Assembly (NCBI GenBank): GCA_043747615.1
Contig: JAYTOU010000076.1
Span: 16,737 to 80,736, forward strand
DNA length: 64,000 bases
DNA from: Myxococcales bacterium
GTDB lineage: Bacteria; Myxococcota_A; Polyangia; Polyangiales; Polyangiaceae
Reading direction: 5' to 3'
Part shown: in pieces, positions 9,617 to 17,982 of the stretch
Layout: each line of letters begins with the position of its first letter
How positions within the stretch are numbered: the first letter of the stretch is position 1
Position numbers and translations under genes: made by a program
Notes under the pieces: generated by a model
Told to the model about the DNA's origin: nothing
Database searches by the model: none
What the model saw: the letters and a program-made list of their open reading frames with translations, nothing else

Positions 9617-9832
9617 ATGTCGAGCCCTTCGAAGCGCCCTGATCCCGGCATCGCCGCCGTCCTGTCTTTGGTCGTCCCCGGCGTCGGCCAGTTCTACAAC
9701 GGCAAGTTCCTGCGCGGGATCTTTTGGTTGATCGTCACGCCGGGCTTGTGGATTGGCTCGGGCGGCACCCTCGGCTGGGTGTGTCACCTGATCTCCGCGT
9801 ATACCGCGTACAGCTACGCGAAGAGCGTCTGA
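9617..9832 (+). CDS. Small TM2-like membrane protein (71 aa)
   Basis: PGIAAVLSLVVPGVGQFYNGKFLRGI is typical of TM2-like/DUF5683-like proteins; hydrophobic throughout. Confidence 0.75.
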   Translation: MSSPSKRPDPGIAAVLSLVVPGVGQFYNGKFLRGIFWLIVTPGLWIGSGGTLGWVCHLISAYTAYSYAKSV

Positions 9833-9833
9833 G

Positions 9834-11828
9834 CTACCGCTCGACCTTGTAGCTCAGCGCGAACTGGCCCTCATTGCCCGAGGCGTGCCCGTCGACCACG
9901 ACGTAGTACGTGCCGGGGTCGAGGGCGGTTGCGATCCCCGCGTGATGGATGTCGTCCGTGTCGTTGTTGCACGCAAGCTCGGACGCGCGCGAAGAGTCGA
10001 CGCAGCTTCGACGAAGGGCGATGACGCCGTCCCATCCAAGGGTCTGAAGAGAGAGCTTTACCTTGGACCGCGTGGCGAGAACGATTTTAAAGACGCGATC
10101 GGGTGACGCTTGTCCGTCCTCCCGGCCCGCGCACGAGGTCGAGAAATTGTCACCTGCGCCGGTGGTGTTGCCGGCCACCGTCTGTCCGTCGCGCAAGAAG
10201 GCGGCGCCGCGGCACGCGGACTCTTGGCCCCCCACGTCGCGCACCCGCCAGTCGAACTCGAATTTTCCAAGGCCGTCGGGCGTCACCCCATCGACCGCAA
10301 GCGAATAGCTCCCCGCAGCGAGCGTCTCGTCGAGCACTTCGCCGCACGTGATTTCGGTGCTCTTGTCTCCACACGAGCGACCGAGAATGAAGATGTGCTT
10401 TCCCTCTTCGCCGTTGAAGCGCGCCGTCACCCGGGCGCGTTTCGCGAGATCGACGCGGTAGACGACATCCGCCGCACCGCCTCCGCCGCAGCGTCCACCG
10501 ACGTCGTCGTGGGCGAGAAACGTGTCTCCGCTGACCGTGGTCTCGTCCTTCCCGAGCCGCACGGCGTCCCCGCATCCGTCGCCCAACGTCCCCGTACCTT
10601 GCTCCGGCGACACTTCCATCGCCAAGGTAAAGCGCCCCGCCGCTTGGCGATCGGAGGAGTCGGCAAACACGGCGTACGAGCCGGGATCCAGGATTCCGAC
10701 GAACGCGGCTTCGCTGTCGACGGTGCTCGCGTCGGAGCAGCCGACCTCCGTTTGCTCGTCGGCGCAGAGCTTTCGTACGTGCACCACGGGCGCGCCATCG
10801 TCCATGTGCTCGGTCAGCCGTACGCGGGAGCGAAGCGCGACGTCGACTTTGTAGACGACGTCCGGGCCGCCGGCATTGTCGCCGCACGAGGCCTGCACGT
10901 GGTTGAATCCCGCCTCGATCGACCCGCTGATCGGTGTGCCGGGCCCGAGCGGCCGCGCCTGCTTGCACACCTCGGCGAGCGTTGGAGCATCGGACATTCC
11001 GAGAGCCAAACGGAAAGAGCCCGCCTCGTTTCCGACCCCGTCGACGAAGAGAAAATAGGATCCGGGCTCGACCACCGTGTCGATCTTCGAAGCGTGACCG
11101 TGCCGCGCATCGTCGTCGTTGCACGCGACCTCGGTCTCTGCGTCTTGATCGCTACATTCACCTTTTCGCAGATAAATGACCGCGTCGAAATGAGGATCGA
11201 CATCGATGGTGACGCGCTGGCGACTGGGGACGTCGATGCGGTAGACCAGCTCGCGCGCCGAGCCGCTTCCGCAGGAGCCGTCGTTCTCGCTTTCGGCGTG
11301 CGACGTCGATCCGTTGACCGTCCCCACCGCGATCACGATGGGAGACGCGCATGTGCCGGCGCCCGTGGGAGCGACGACCGTCGCCATGTTCGCCTGCCCT
11401 CCGCCGACGCCTCCGGCCCACGTCGCGGTCACGAAGCTCCCCGCGCCCGCCGCCATCGTGATCACCAGCGTGTAGGTGCCTGCGCTCTCGACGCAGGCGC
11501 GCACCACCGCTTGCGGCTCGCGGGTCGTGTCGTGCGCCAGCGATTTTCCGGAGACATCGAGGAGCGTGATGTCGAGGTCGCGCACGCCGTCCGCACCGAG
11601 GGCGACCACCGTCGTGCACTGTGCAGGAAGCTCGAGGACTACGCGCGCTTCGCGACCCTCGGCAAGCGAGCCTTGCTGGATCGGCCCTACCTGCGCGAGC
11701 CCCATCGCGGCGAACGCATTGTGGAGCGCGACGTAGCGAGGCTCGAGCTCTCCGTGGGAAGCCGCTCCGCAACCTTGCGCGAGGGCAGTCACCCCGAGCA
11801 CACCTAACGCGAGTGGGAAAAAGCGCAT
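9834..11828 (-). CDS. Lipoprotein with tandem Cys-rich PPC-like (pre-peptidase C-terminal) beta-sandwich repeats
   Basis: Lipobox LAQGC. One N-terminal PPC-like unit plus four ~120-aa repeats of the form SC(G)...(E/D)xVY...ExxCxD...L(D/E)PGxYxxxVDG. Confidence 0.8.
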   Translation of the reverse strand: MRFFPLALGVLGVTALAQGCGAASHGELEPRYVALHNAFAAMGLAQVGPIQQGSLAEGREARVVLELPAQCTTVVALGADGVRDLDITLLDVSGKSLAHDTTREPQAVVRACVESAGTYTLVITMAAGAGSFVTATWAGGVGGGQANMATVVAPTGAGTCASPIVIAVGTVNGSTSHAESENDGSCGSGSARELVYRIDVPSRQRVTIDVDPHFDAVIYLRKGECSDQDAETEVACNDDDARHGHASKIDTVVEPGSYFLFVDGVGNEAGSFRLALGMSDAPTLAEVCKQARPLGPGTPISGSIEAGFNHVQASCGDNAGGPDVVYKVDVALRSRVRLTEHMDDGAPVVHVRKLCADEQTEVGCSDASTVDSEAAFVGILDPGSYAVFADSSDRQAAGRFTLAMEVSPEQGTGTLGDGCGDAVRLGKDETTVSGDTFLAHDDVGGRCGGGGAADVVYRVDLAKRARVTARFNGEEGKHIFILGRSCGDKSTEITCGEVLDETLAAGSYSLAVDGVTPDGLGKFEFDWRVRDVGGQESACRGAAFLRDGQTVAGNTTGAGDNFSTSCAGREDGQASPDRVFKIVLATRSKVKLSLQTLGWDGVIALRRSCVDSSRASELACNNDTDDIHHAGIATALDPGTYYVVVDGHASGNEGQFALSYKVER

Positions 11829-11832
11829 GAAA

Positions 11833-13485
11833 CTATCGGTACGGATTGTGCGAAATGTCGTCCGGTACCGCCGGTGACGGAGCGACGGATGCGCTGGGGG
11901 CCGCAGGCGAGAGCTTCGTCCCAGGTTTCTGCACCGGAGGGTGTGGTGGGCGGGCTCCCGTCTTGACTACGCTCGCCGAGCTCACGGGCGCGGCGACGCT
12001 GGCACTCGGTGCGACGGCGACGTTCGTCGGCGATGCCGGCACGACTGCGCTCGGCGCAGGGAGCGCGCTGGGAACGACGGTGGCGCTCGGAGGAACCGGC
12101 GGCACCGTGGCCAGCGGCGGATTGGAGCGCCACCTCCCGACCGCGAAGGCTGCGCCCGCGAGCAAGCCGATGGCAAGCACGGTCATCCAAACACTGGTCC
12201 GTCGTCGGCCGACCTCCGTCGTCGTGGTCTGCTGCGCCGTCACCGACGAGGCCGTCGAGACTTCCGCATTGCCGGAGGTGGAAGCGCTCGGAACGGCGAG
12301 CACCGCGGACGAGACGCCTGACACCGTCGCGTGTTCACTACCCGTCGTCGAGGAGAGACTCCCCGAGCTCGTCGGGGTTCGCGTGACGCGCCCCGCTTCC
12401 ACCTTCGTGAGCGACATCAGCTCGCTCGGAACGGCAGCCTTTTTGCGAGGGGCTGGACCATCGAGGCGCGGGTCCCCCTGCTTGCTCGGCTCACTCCGCG
12501 CGATCCACGCGCGCACCGCCTCGCGCTGCTGTGAGATGTCGGCGCCCATGATCGCATCGAGGTGCGTCTGCACGTCACGGTGCGAGCCGAAGGCGTTGGC
12601 TTCCGTCGCCGCTTTCTCGAGCGCGTCGGCGAAATCGCGCGCCGTTGCGTAACGCTTGTCGGGATCGCGTTCGAGGGCCTTCATGCACGCGGCGTCGAGC
12701 GCCGGATGCGCCTCCGGATTGGCGTCGAGGAGCGTGGGAATCGCCTCGTGGATGACGCGGTTGAGGGTCTCGGCCTCGCCGTCCCCTTTGAAGAGACGCT
12801 TTCGCGCGAGGACCTCCCAGAGAACGATCCCCATCGCAAAAAGATCCGCTCGGCGGTCGACGCCTTTTCCGCGAGCTTGCTCCGGCGCCATATACGCGAG
12901 CTTGCCTTTGAGCTGACCGGAGCGCGTCGTCGTGAGACGCGTCGACGCACGCGCGACGCCGAAGTCGGTGATGCGGGTAGAGCCGTCGACGCCGACCAAA
13001 ATATTTTGCGGAGACACGTCTCGGTGCACGATTTCCAGGCCATTGCCATCGTCGTCGACGAGCTCGTGGGCGGCATGGAGGCCAGCGAGCGCGTCTATCA
13101 CGACGCGGACGGCGACCTTCACGGGCATCGGATTTCCGGACGTCGCAGAGCGTGCCATCAGACGGGCGAGCGTGTCTCCCTCGATGTACTCCATGACGAG
13201 GTAGTAGCCGTCCTCGGCCGCGCCGATCTCCAGGATGGGAACCACGTTCGGATGATGGAGTCGGGCGGCGAGCCGGGCCTCGTCGAGGAACATTTGGATG
13301 AAATCGTGCTCCCCCGCGAGGTGGGGATGGAGCCGCTTGATCGCGACAAAGCGCTGGAAGCCGCCCACGCCGCTCAAACGCGCAAGGAACACCGTCGCCA
13401 TGCCACCACTGGCCAGCTCGGCGATCAGCTCGAATCGACCGAGTCGCTCGTTCGTGCCTTCTTTTCGTTCCAGAAACTTGGGCAG
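11833..13485 (-). CDS. Membrane-anchored Hanks-type Ser/Thr kinase (probable CTG start)
   Basis: RFELIAELASGGMATV, VAIK, HRDVSPQN, DFG, GKLAYMAPE, one TM helix, Pro/Ser-rich external tail ending DDISHNPYR. Subdomain I lies upstream of ATG 13401; an in-frame CTG at 13485 has GGAGG 5 nt upstream. Confidence 0.9.
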   Translation of the reverse strand: MPKFLERKEGTNERLGRFELIAELASGGMATVFLARLSGVGGFQRFVAIKRLHPHLAGEHDFIQMFLDEARLAARLHHPNVVPILEIGAAEDGYYLVMEYIEGDTLARLMARSATSGNPMPVKVAVRVVIDALAGLHAAHELVDDDGNGLEIVHRDVSPQNILVGVDGSTRITDFGVARASTRLTTTRSGQLKGKLAYMAPEQARGKGVDRRADLFAMGIVLWEVLARKRLFKGDGEAETLNRVIHEAIPTLLDANPEAHPALDAACMKALERDPDKRYATARDFADALEKAATEANAFGSHRDVQTHLDAIMGADISQQREAVRAWIARSEPSKQGDPRLDGPAPRKKAAVPSELMSLTKVEAGRVTRTPTSSGSLSSTTGSEHATVSGVSSAVLAVPSASTSGNAEVSTASSVTAQQTTTTEVGRRRTSVWMTVLAIGLLAGAAFAVGRWRSNPPLATVPPVPPSATVVPSALPAPSAVVPASPTNVAVAPSASVAAPVSSASVVKTGARPPHPPVQKPGTKLSPAAPSASVAPSPAVPDDISHNPYR

Positions 13486-13571
13486 AAGCGCCTCCCAATT
13501 CGATTAAACCACCTTTTTTTCCGCAGCGCTCGTTTGCCGTGGGTGCGGAGGTGGGCCTTCGATAAGCGGTT

Positions 13572-14552
13572 TTAGAAGCTGCCGCGCAGACCGGCGGCTC
13601 CGCGGTCGCTTCCGAAGGTGGCAAAGGGCGCGATGGCAGCACGATTTGGCTCTCGTCGCGCGGACGACCATTGCGTGAAGAACGTTCCGACGACGGCCGT
13701 GAGCACGCCCGCGCCGATCGTCGCACCAAGGATCACGTTGGTGCGGAACTGGGCGTCGCGCCCTCTCTGATAGGTGGGGCACGTCTCGCTCATGCCCGCG
13801 CAATCGCGCTTCACCGCGTCGACACCTGGGTTGTTCTTGGCGTCGATGCCTGAGAGGATCGTCGCGCCGGCACCCACCACCGTGAGGCCAGCGCCGATGA
13901 AGAAGACCATCGGACCGAGTGGCTTCTCTTTTACGGCGGCAGGCGGAGGCGCGGAAGGCCCCGCCGGTCCCACCACCGTGGTCACGACGAGCGGCGGCGC
14001 GTCGAGCTTCAGCTCTTCCTCGCCACCTGCGACGGCATTTATTTTCGCGGTCTTCAGGCGATCGCCGGGCCAGCTCACGACGAGATCGTGGCCGCCGGGG
14101 CTGAGATAGAAGGCAAGGCTAGGCGCGTCGTCGAGCGCTACGGCGCGTTCGTCAGCCGTGACCCCGCACGCGGGTTTGCACACCAAGGTCACCTTGTAGA
14201 GCTTCGACGCCGACTGGGCGAGCGTCTCGTGCACGAGGACCATCGTTGGAGCGTCGTCCGCATAGCGGCTCTCGGCGAGTGCCGCGAGGGTCGCTGCCCG
14301 GGCGAGCTGCTTTGCTTCCTTGCGAGCGCGAATGGCGTTTCGCAGCGCCTCCGCGCGGGGGGCGTCGTGGTAGGCGTTCTCGAAGTGGATCGCGGCCTCT
14401 TCGAACTTCGCATCGGTGAAGGCGCGGCGCCCCGCGTCGTACTCGGCAGCGGCGGAGCGAATGCGGTCGGCGGACGGAGACGGCGACTGGGCGAGCGCGT
14501 CGCCGGCCATCGCGAGGACGCACGCGAAGGAGAGTGCGGCGACCGACCGCAT
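13572..14552 (-). CDS. Exported TPR/PEGA-like protein with hydrophobic C-terminal hairpin and terminal Phe strand
   Basis: Signal peptide, TPR-like segment (AAAEYDAGRRAFTDAKFEEAAIHFENAY), beta domain (FYLSPGGHDLVVSW), Gly-rich hydrophobic helices, ends AAGLRGSF. Confidence 0.7.
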   Translation of the reverse strand: MRSVAALSFACVLAMAGDALAQSPSPSADRIRSAAAEYDAGRRAFTDAKFEEAAIHFENAYHDAPRAEALRNAIRARKEAKQLARAATLAALAESRYADDAPTMVLVHETLAQSASKLYKVTLVCKPACGVTADERAVALDDAPSLAFYLSPGGHDLVVSWPGDRLKTAKINAVAGGEEELKLDAPPLVVTTVVGPAGPSAPPPAAVKEKPLGPMVFFIGAGLTVVGAGATILSGIDAKNNPGVDAVKRDCAGMSETCPTYQRGRDAQFRTNVILGATIGAGVLTAVVGTFFTQWSSARREPNRAAIAPFATFGSDRGAAGLRGSF

Positions 14553-14557
14553 GCTCC

Positions 14558-15955
14558 TCAGGCCATTTCCAAGAAGAGCTTATCGGGGCTCTCGAGGTAC
14601 CCGATGATCTCGTACGCGAAGGCTGCACCGACATGACCGTCGACGATCCGGTGGTCGAACGACAGCGACAGCAGCATCACCTCGCCAATCACGATCTGCC
14701 CATTTTTCACGACCGGACGCTCTTTGATCCGATGAACGCCGAGGATGCCGACCTCCGGAAAATTGATGATCGGCGTCGCGAAGAAGCCCCCTTGGGCTCC
14801 GAGCGATGTGATCGTGAACGTGGACCCGGACAGATCCGCTACGTTCGATTTTCCCGCCCGCGCCTCGGTGCCGAGGCGATCAATCTCGCGCGCGATTTCG
14901 AGAAGGCTCTTGCGATCTGCGTCCTTCACCACGGGCACCATCAGGCCGGCGTCGGTCGAGGCGGCGATCCCGATGTTCATGTACTTGCGGTACACCAGCT
15001 CGTTCTTCGATTCGTCGAGCGCGGAGTTCAGGATCGGATGCTTCTTCAACGCGGCTACGACGGCCTTTACGATGAACGGAAGGAACGTGAGCTTCACGCC
15101 TTCCTTTTCCGCCACGGGCTTGAGACGCGCGCGGAGCTCCTTCAGGGCGCTCACGTCGCACTCTTCGACGAAGGTAAAGTGCGCGGCGGTCTGCGTCGAG
15201 ACTTGCATCTTCGTCGCGATCTTGCGGCGCATTCCGGCGAAGGGAACGCGCTCCTCGAGAGCGCCCTGGGCGGCGGTGGGAGCGAGGATCTTCACGGGCT
15301 CGCGCGCGTGAGGCGGCGTAAACGAAGGAGACGAAATCTCCTTTTTTCCAGCGCCCTGAGACGCGGACGGCGCGGACGTGGGCGCTTTGAAGGCGTTCAC
15401 GTCGTCGCGCGTGACCCGCCCCTGCGAGCCCGTCGGAGGGACGAGGGTGAGATCGACGCCGAGCTCGCGCGCCATCTTGCGCGTGGCGGGCGTGGCGAGA
15501 GGCTTCTCGTTGAAGTAGGTCGACGCCTGCCTCGCGGGGCTCGCGCCCGAAGAGACAGCGCGGGGTGCCACCTCGCCGCCCATGCCGGGAAGATGCTCGC
15601 GAATGTCGCCGACAGCGGTGGCTGCGGGGCCATCGTCTCTCACGTCGGTCTTCTTGTGACCATTGACGCCGTTGCCGGAATGAGGCGCAGCAGCAGCGGC
15701 AACGGAGGCTTCGCCGCCCACCTCGAAGACGACGAGGACGGAGTGCACCATGACTACCTCGCCGACCTTGCCGTTCGTTGCCACGATGGTGCCGGCCTTG
15801 GGCGCGGCGATCATGACGGTGGCCTTGTCGGTCATGATCTCGACCATGGGCTGATCTTCTTTGACGATGTCACCCGGCTTTACGAGCCAGCTCACGACCT
15901 CGCCTTCAGTTACCCCTTCGCCGATGTCCGGAAGCTTGAATTCCCAGCGGGCCAT
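14558..15955 (-). CDS. 2-oxoacid dehydrogenase E2 (dihydrolipoamide acyltransferase)
   Basis: Lipoyl domain (LPDIGEGVTEGE...MTDKA), E3/E1-binding domain (ATPATRKMARELGVDL...GRVTRDD), catalytic DHRIVDG. Confidence 0.95.
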   Translation of the reverse strand: MARWEFKLPDIGEGVTEGEVVSWLVKPGDIVKEDQPMVEIMTDKATVMIAAPKAGTIVATNGKVGEVVMVHSVLVVFEVGGEASVAAAAAPHSGNGVNGHKKTDVRDDGPAATAVGDIREHLPGMGGEVAPRAVSSGASPARQASTYFNEKPLATPATRKMARELGVDLTLVPPTGSQGRVTRDDVNAFKAPTSAPSASQGAGKKEISSPSFTPPHAREPVKILAPTAAQGALEERVPFAGMRRKIATKMQVSTQTAAHFTFVEECDVSALKELRARLKPVAEKEGVKLTFLPFIVKAVVAALKKHPILNSALDESKNELVYRKYMNIGIAASTDAGLMVPVVKDADRKSLLEIAREIDRLGTEARAGKSNVADLSGSTFTITSLGAQGGFFATPIINFPEVGILGVHRIKERPVVKNGQIVIGEVMLLSLSFDHRIVDGHVGAAFAYEIIGYLESPDKLFLEMA

Positions 15956-15976
15956 GCTTTTCCTTTACTCCAAAAC

Positions 15977-16948
15977 TCAGAAGTTCGCCGTTTCGATGAT
16001 CGCCGGCAAGATCCTGTGCGCGAGCGGCAGGTATTCCATTTCGAGGGTGTAAGGGAACGGGGTGTCGAAGCCAGTTACCCGCACGGGCGGAGCTTCAAGG
16101 TGAAGAAAGGCCTTCTCGTTGATGAGAGCGACGAGCTCGGCGCCGAAGCCGCACGTCTTTGGCGCTTCGTGGACGATGACCACCCTCCCCGTCTTCTTCA
16201 CGCTCGCCACGATGGCGTCGATGTCCACTGGCCACAGCGTCCGCAGATCCAGAATCTCGCACTCGACTCCGTCCTTCTTGGCTTGATCGGCGGCGGCGAT
16301 CGCCTCGTAGAGCATCGCCCCCCACGCAATCACGGTGACATGACGGCCCTCGCGAACCACGGCCGCTTTCCCGAGCTCCACGGTGTAGTCGCCGTCCGGA
16401 ACGTCCCCCTTCGAAGCGCGGTAGATCCGCTTTGGCTCGAAGAAGAGGACCGGGTCTGGATCGCGGATCGATGCCAAAAGAAGCCCTTTGGCGTCGTGAG
16501 GGTTCGAGGGGCAGACCACCTTGAGGCCCGCGACATGGATGAAGAGCGATTCGGGCGACTGCGAATGGTAGTGCCCTCCGCGAATCCCTCCGCCGACAGG
16601 CGTGCGAATCACGAGCTTCGCCGGATACTCGCCGCCCGAGCGGTAACGGAGCTTGGCGAGCTCGCTGACGATCTGGTCGTAGGCCGGAAAAATGAAATCC
16701 GAAAATTGGATCTCCGGGATGGGGACGAGGCCGTAGAGCGCCATGCCGATCGCGCAGCCGATGATCCCCCCTTCGGAGAGCGGCGTGTCGATCACCCGCT
16801 CCTCGCCGAACTCGTCGTACAGCCCCGCGGTGACGCGAAAGACGCCGCCCACCTTGGCCACGTCTTCGCCGAGAACGACGATGCGGTTGTCGCGCTTCAT
16901 CTCGTGACGGAGCGCATCTCCGATCGCCTGCACCATGTTCATTTGCAT
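15977..16948 (-). CDS. 2-oxoacid dehydrogenase E1 beta subunit
   Basis: GEDV...GGVFRVT, DTPLSE, EIQFSDF, GGHYHSQSPE, DLRTLWP, VHEA; catalytic Glu and His present. Confidence 0.95.
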   Translation of the reverse strand: MQMNMVQAIGDALRHEMKRDNRIVVLGEDVAKVGGVFRVTAGLYDEFGEERVIDTPLSEGGIIGCAIGMALYGLVPIPEIQFSDFIFPAYDQIVSELAKLRYRSGGEYPAKLVIRTPVGGGIRGGHYHSQSPESLFIHVAGLKVVCPSNPHDAKGLLLASIRDPDPVLFFEPKRIYRASKGDVPDGDYTVELGKAAVVREGRHVTVIAWGAMLYEAIAAADQAKKDGVECEILDLRTLWPVDIDAIVASVKKTGRVVIVHEAPKTCGFGAELVALINEKAFLHLEAPPVRVTGFDTPFPYTLEMEYLPLAHRILPAIIETANF

Positions 16949-17895
16949 GTGAGTCGCTCCACGCGTTGCTCTTCGAGGCTCCACGGGGCGCGCTCGTAGA
17001 CGTCATCGAACATCGTGCTGATGCCCGGAAGTGCCTTGTTTTCAGCCTCGCCGAGGGCGCTCGCCCACTCGGCTTCCACCGTCGCAACGAGCTCGGTCTG
17101 TTTTTTTTCCGTCCACAGCGAGCGCGTCTCGAGATGCCGACGAAGCCGGACGATCGGATCATGGGCATGCGTGATCCGAGCATCGATGAGGGTCGGACCG
17201 AGACCACTCGCAGCGCGCGCCGCCGCATCGCGGGTCACCTTGAAGACGGCGAGGGCGTCGCTTCCATCGCAGGCCACCGAACGAAGACCGTAGGCGATGC
17301 CGCGCTCGGAGATCGGCTCGTCGGTGGTCGTATTGCGGCAAAAGAGAAGGACCTTGGGCTTGAAGACGCCGGCAAAATTCAGAGCGTTGTGGAACTCGCC
17401 CGCGCCTGCGTCCCGCGCACCGAAGAACGCGAGCGCGAGGGTGTCGTCCCGTTTGACGCTGGCTCCCCACGCGAACCCAACGGCGTGCGTGAGGTGGGCG
17501 GCATTTCCGTAACCGAACGAGGCGAGCTTCGCCGGACGGTTCACGTAGTGGTCGGGCTCGGCGTGCCCCTTGAGCGCATCGCCCGCGTTGCCGAAGAGAT
17601 GATGGAGGTACGCGGCGACGGAGACCCCGCGCCACAAGGCTGCGCCGAAATCACGATCGCCCTGAAAAATAGCGTCTTTATCGCGAAGCGCGGCAACCGC
17701 TCCGAGGATCGCCCCCTCTTCTCCCAGCGAGCTCGTGTGCGCCGAGATGGCCCCCTGGCGTTTCAGGGTGGTCAGCCGCTCGTCGACGAGACGCACGCGC
17801 ACCATCTCCCGGTGGAGGGCGATCAGAAGATCGTCGGAGATCTTCGGATCCGTTGCCGGATCCAATGAACCGTCGTCGCGCAACACGCTTTCCAT
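16939..17895 (-). CDS. 2-oxoacid dehydrogenase E1 alpha-like subunit with degenerate ThDP site
   Basis: E1alpha-like along its whole length (RLVDER...RQG, GEFHNALNFAGV, DGSDALAV, GPTLI, DPIVRLRRHL, MFDDVY). GDG is replaced by GAR, NN is lost and both active-site loops are deleted. Confidence 0.85.
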   Translation of the reverse strand: MESVLRDDGSLDPATDPKISDDLLIALHREMVRVRLVDERLTTLKRQGAISAHTSSLGEEGAILGAVAALRDKDAIFQGDRDFGAALWRGVSVAAYLHHLFGNAGDALKGHAEPDHYVNRPAKLASFGYGNAAHLTHAVGFAWGASVKRDDTLALAFFGARDAGAGEFHNALNFAGVFKPKVLLFCRNTTTDEPISERGIAYGLRSVACDGSDALAVFKVTRDAAARAASGLGPTLIDARITHAHDPIVRLRRHLETRSLWTEKKQTELVATVEAEWASALGEAENKALPGISTMFDDVYERAPWSLEEQRVERLTCK

Positions 17896-17982
17896 GTCTC
17901 GGTAAGGACCCTAGTACTACTTTCTCGGTTTCGGTAGTCGCCGATCCTCGCCTCCGCGGCTTTCGTGGTAACCTAAGCGAGC

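Noticed and set aside
14534..16999. 821-aa plus-strand ORF opposite E2/E1beta
   Set aside because: Antisense shadow of GC-biased coding genes; no motifs, Arg/Gly-rich composition.
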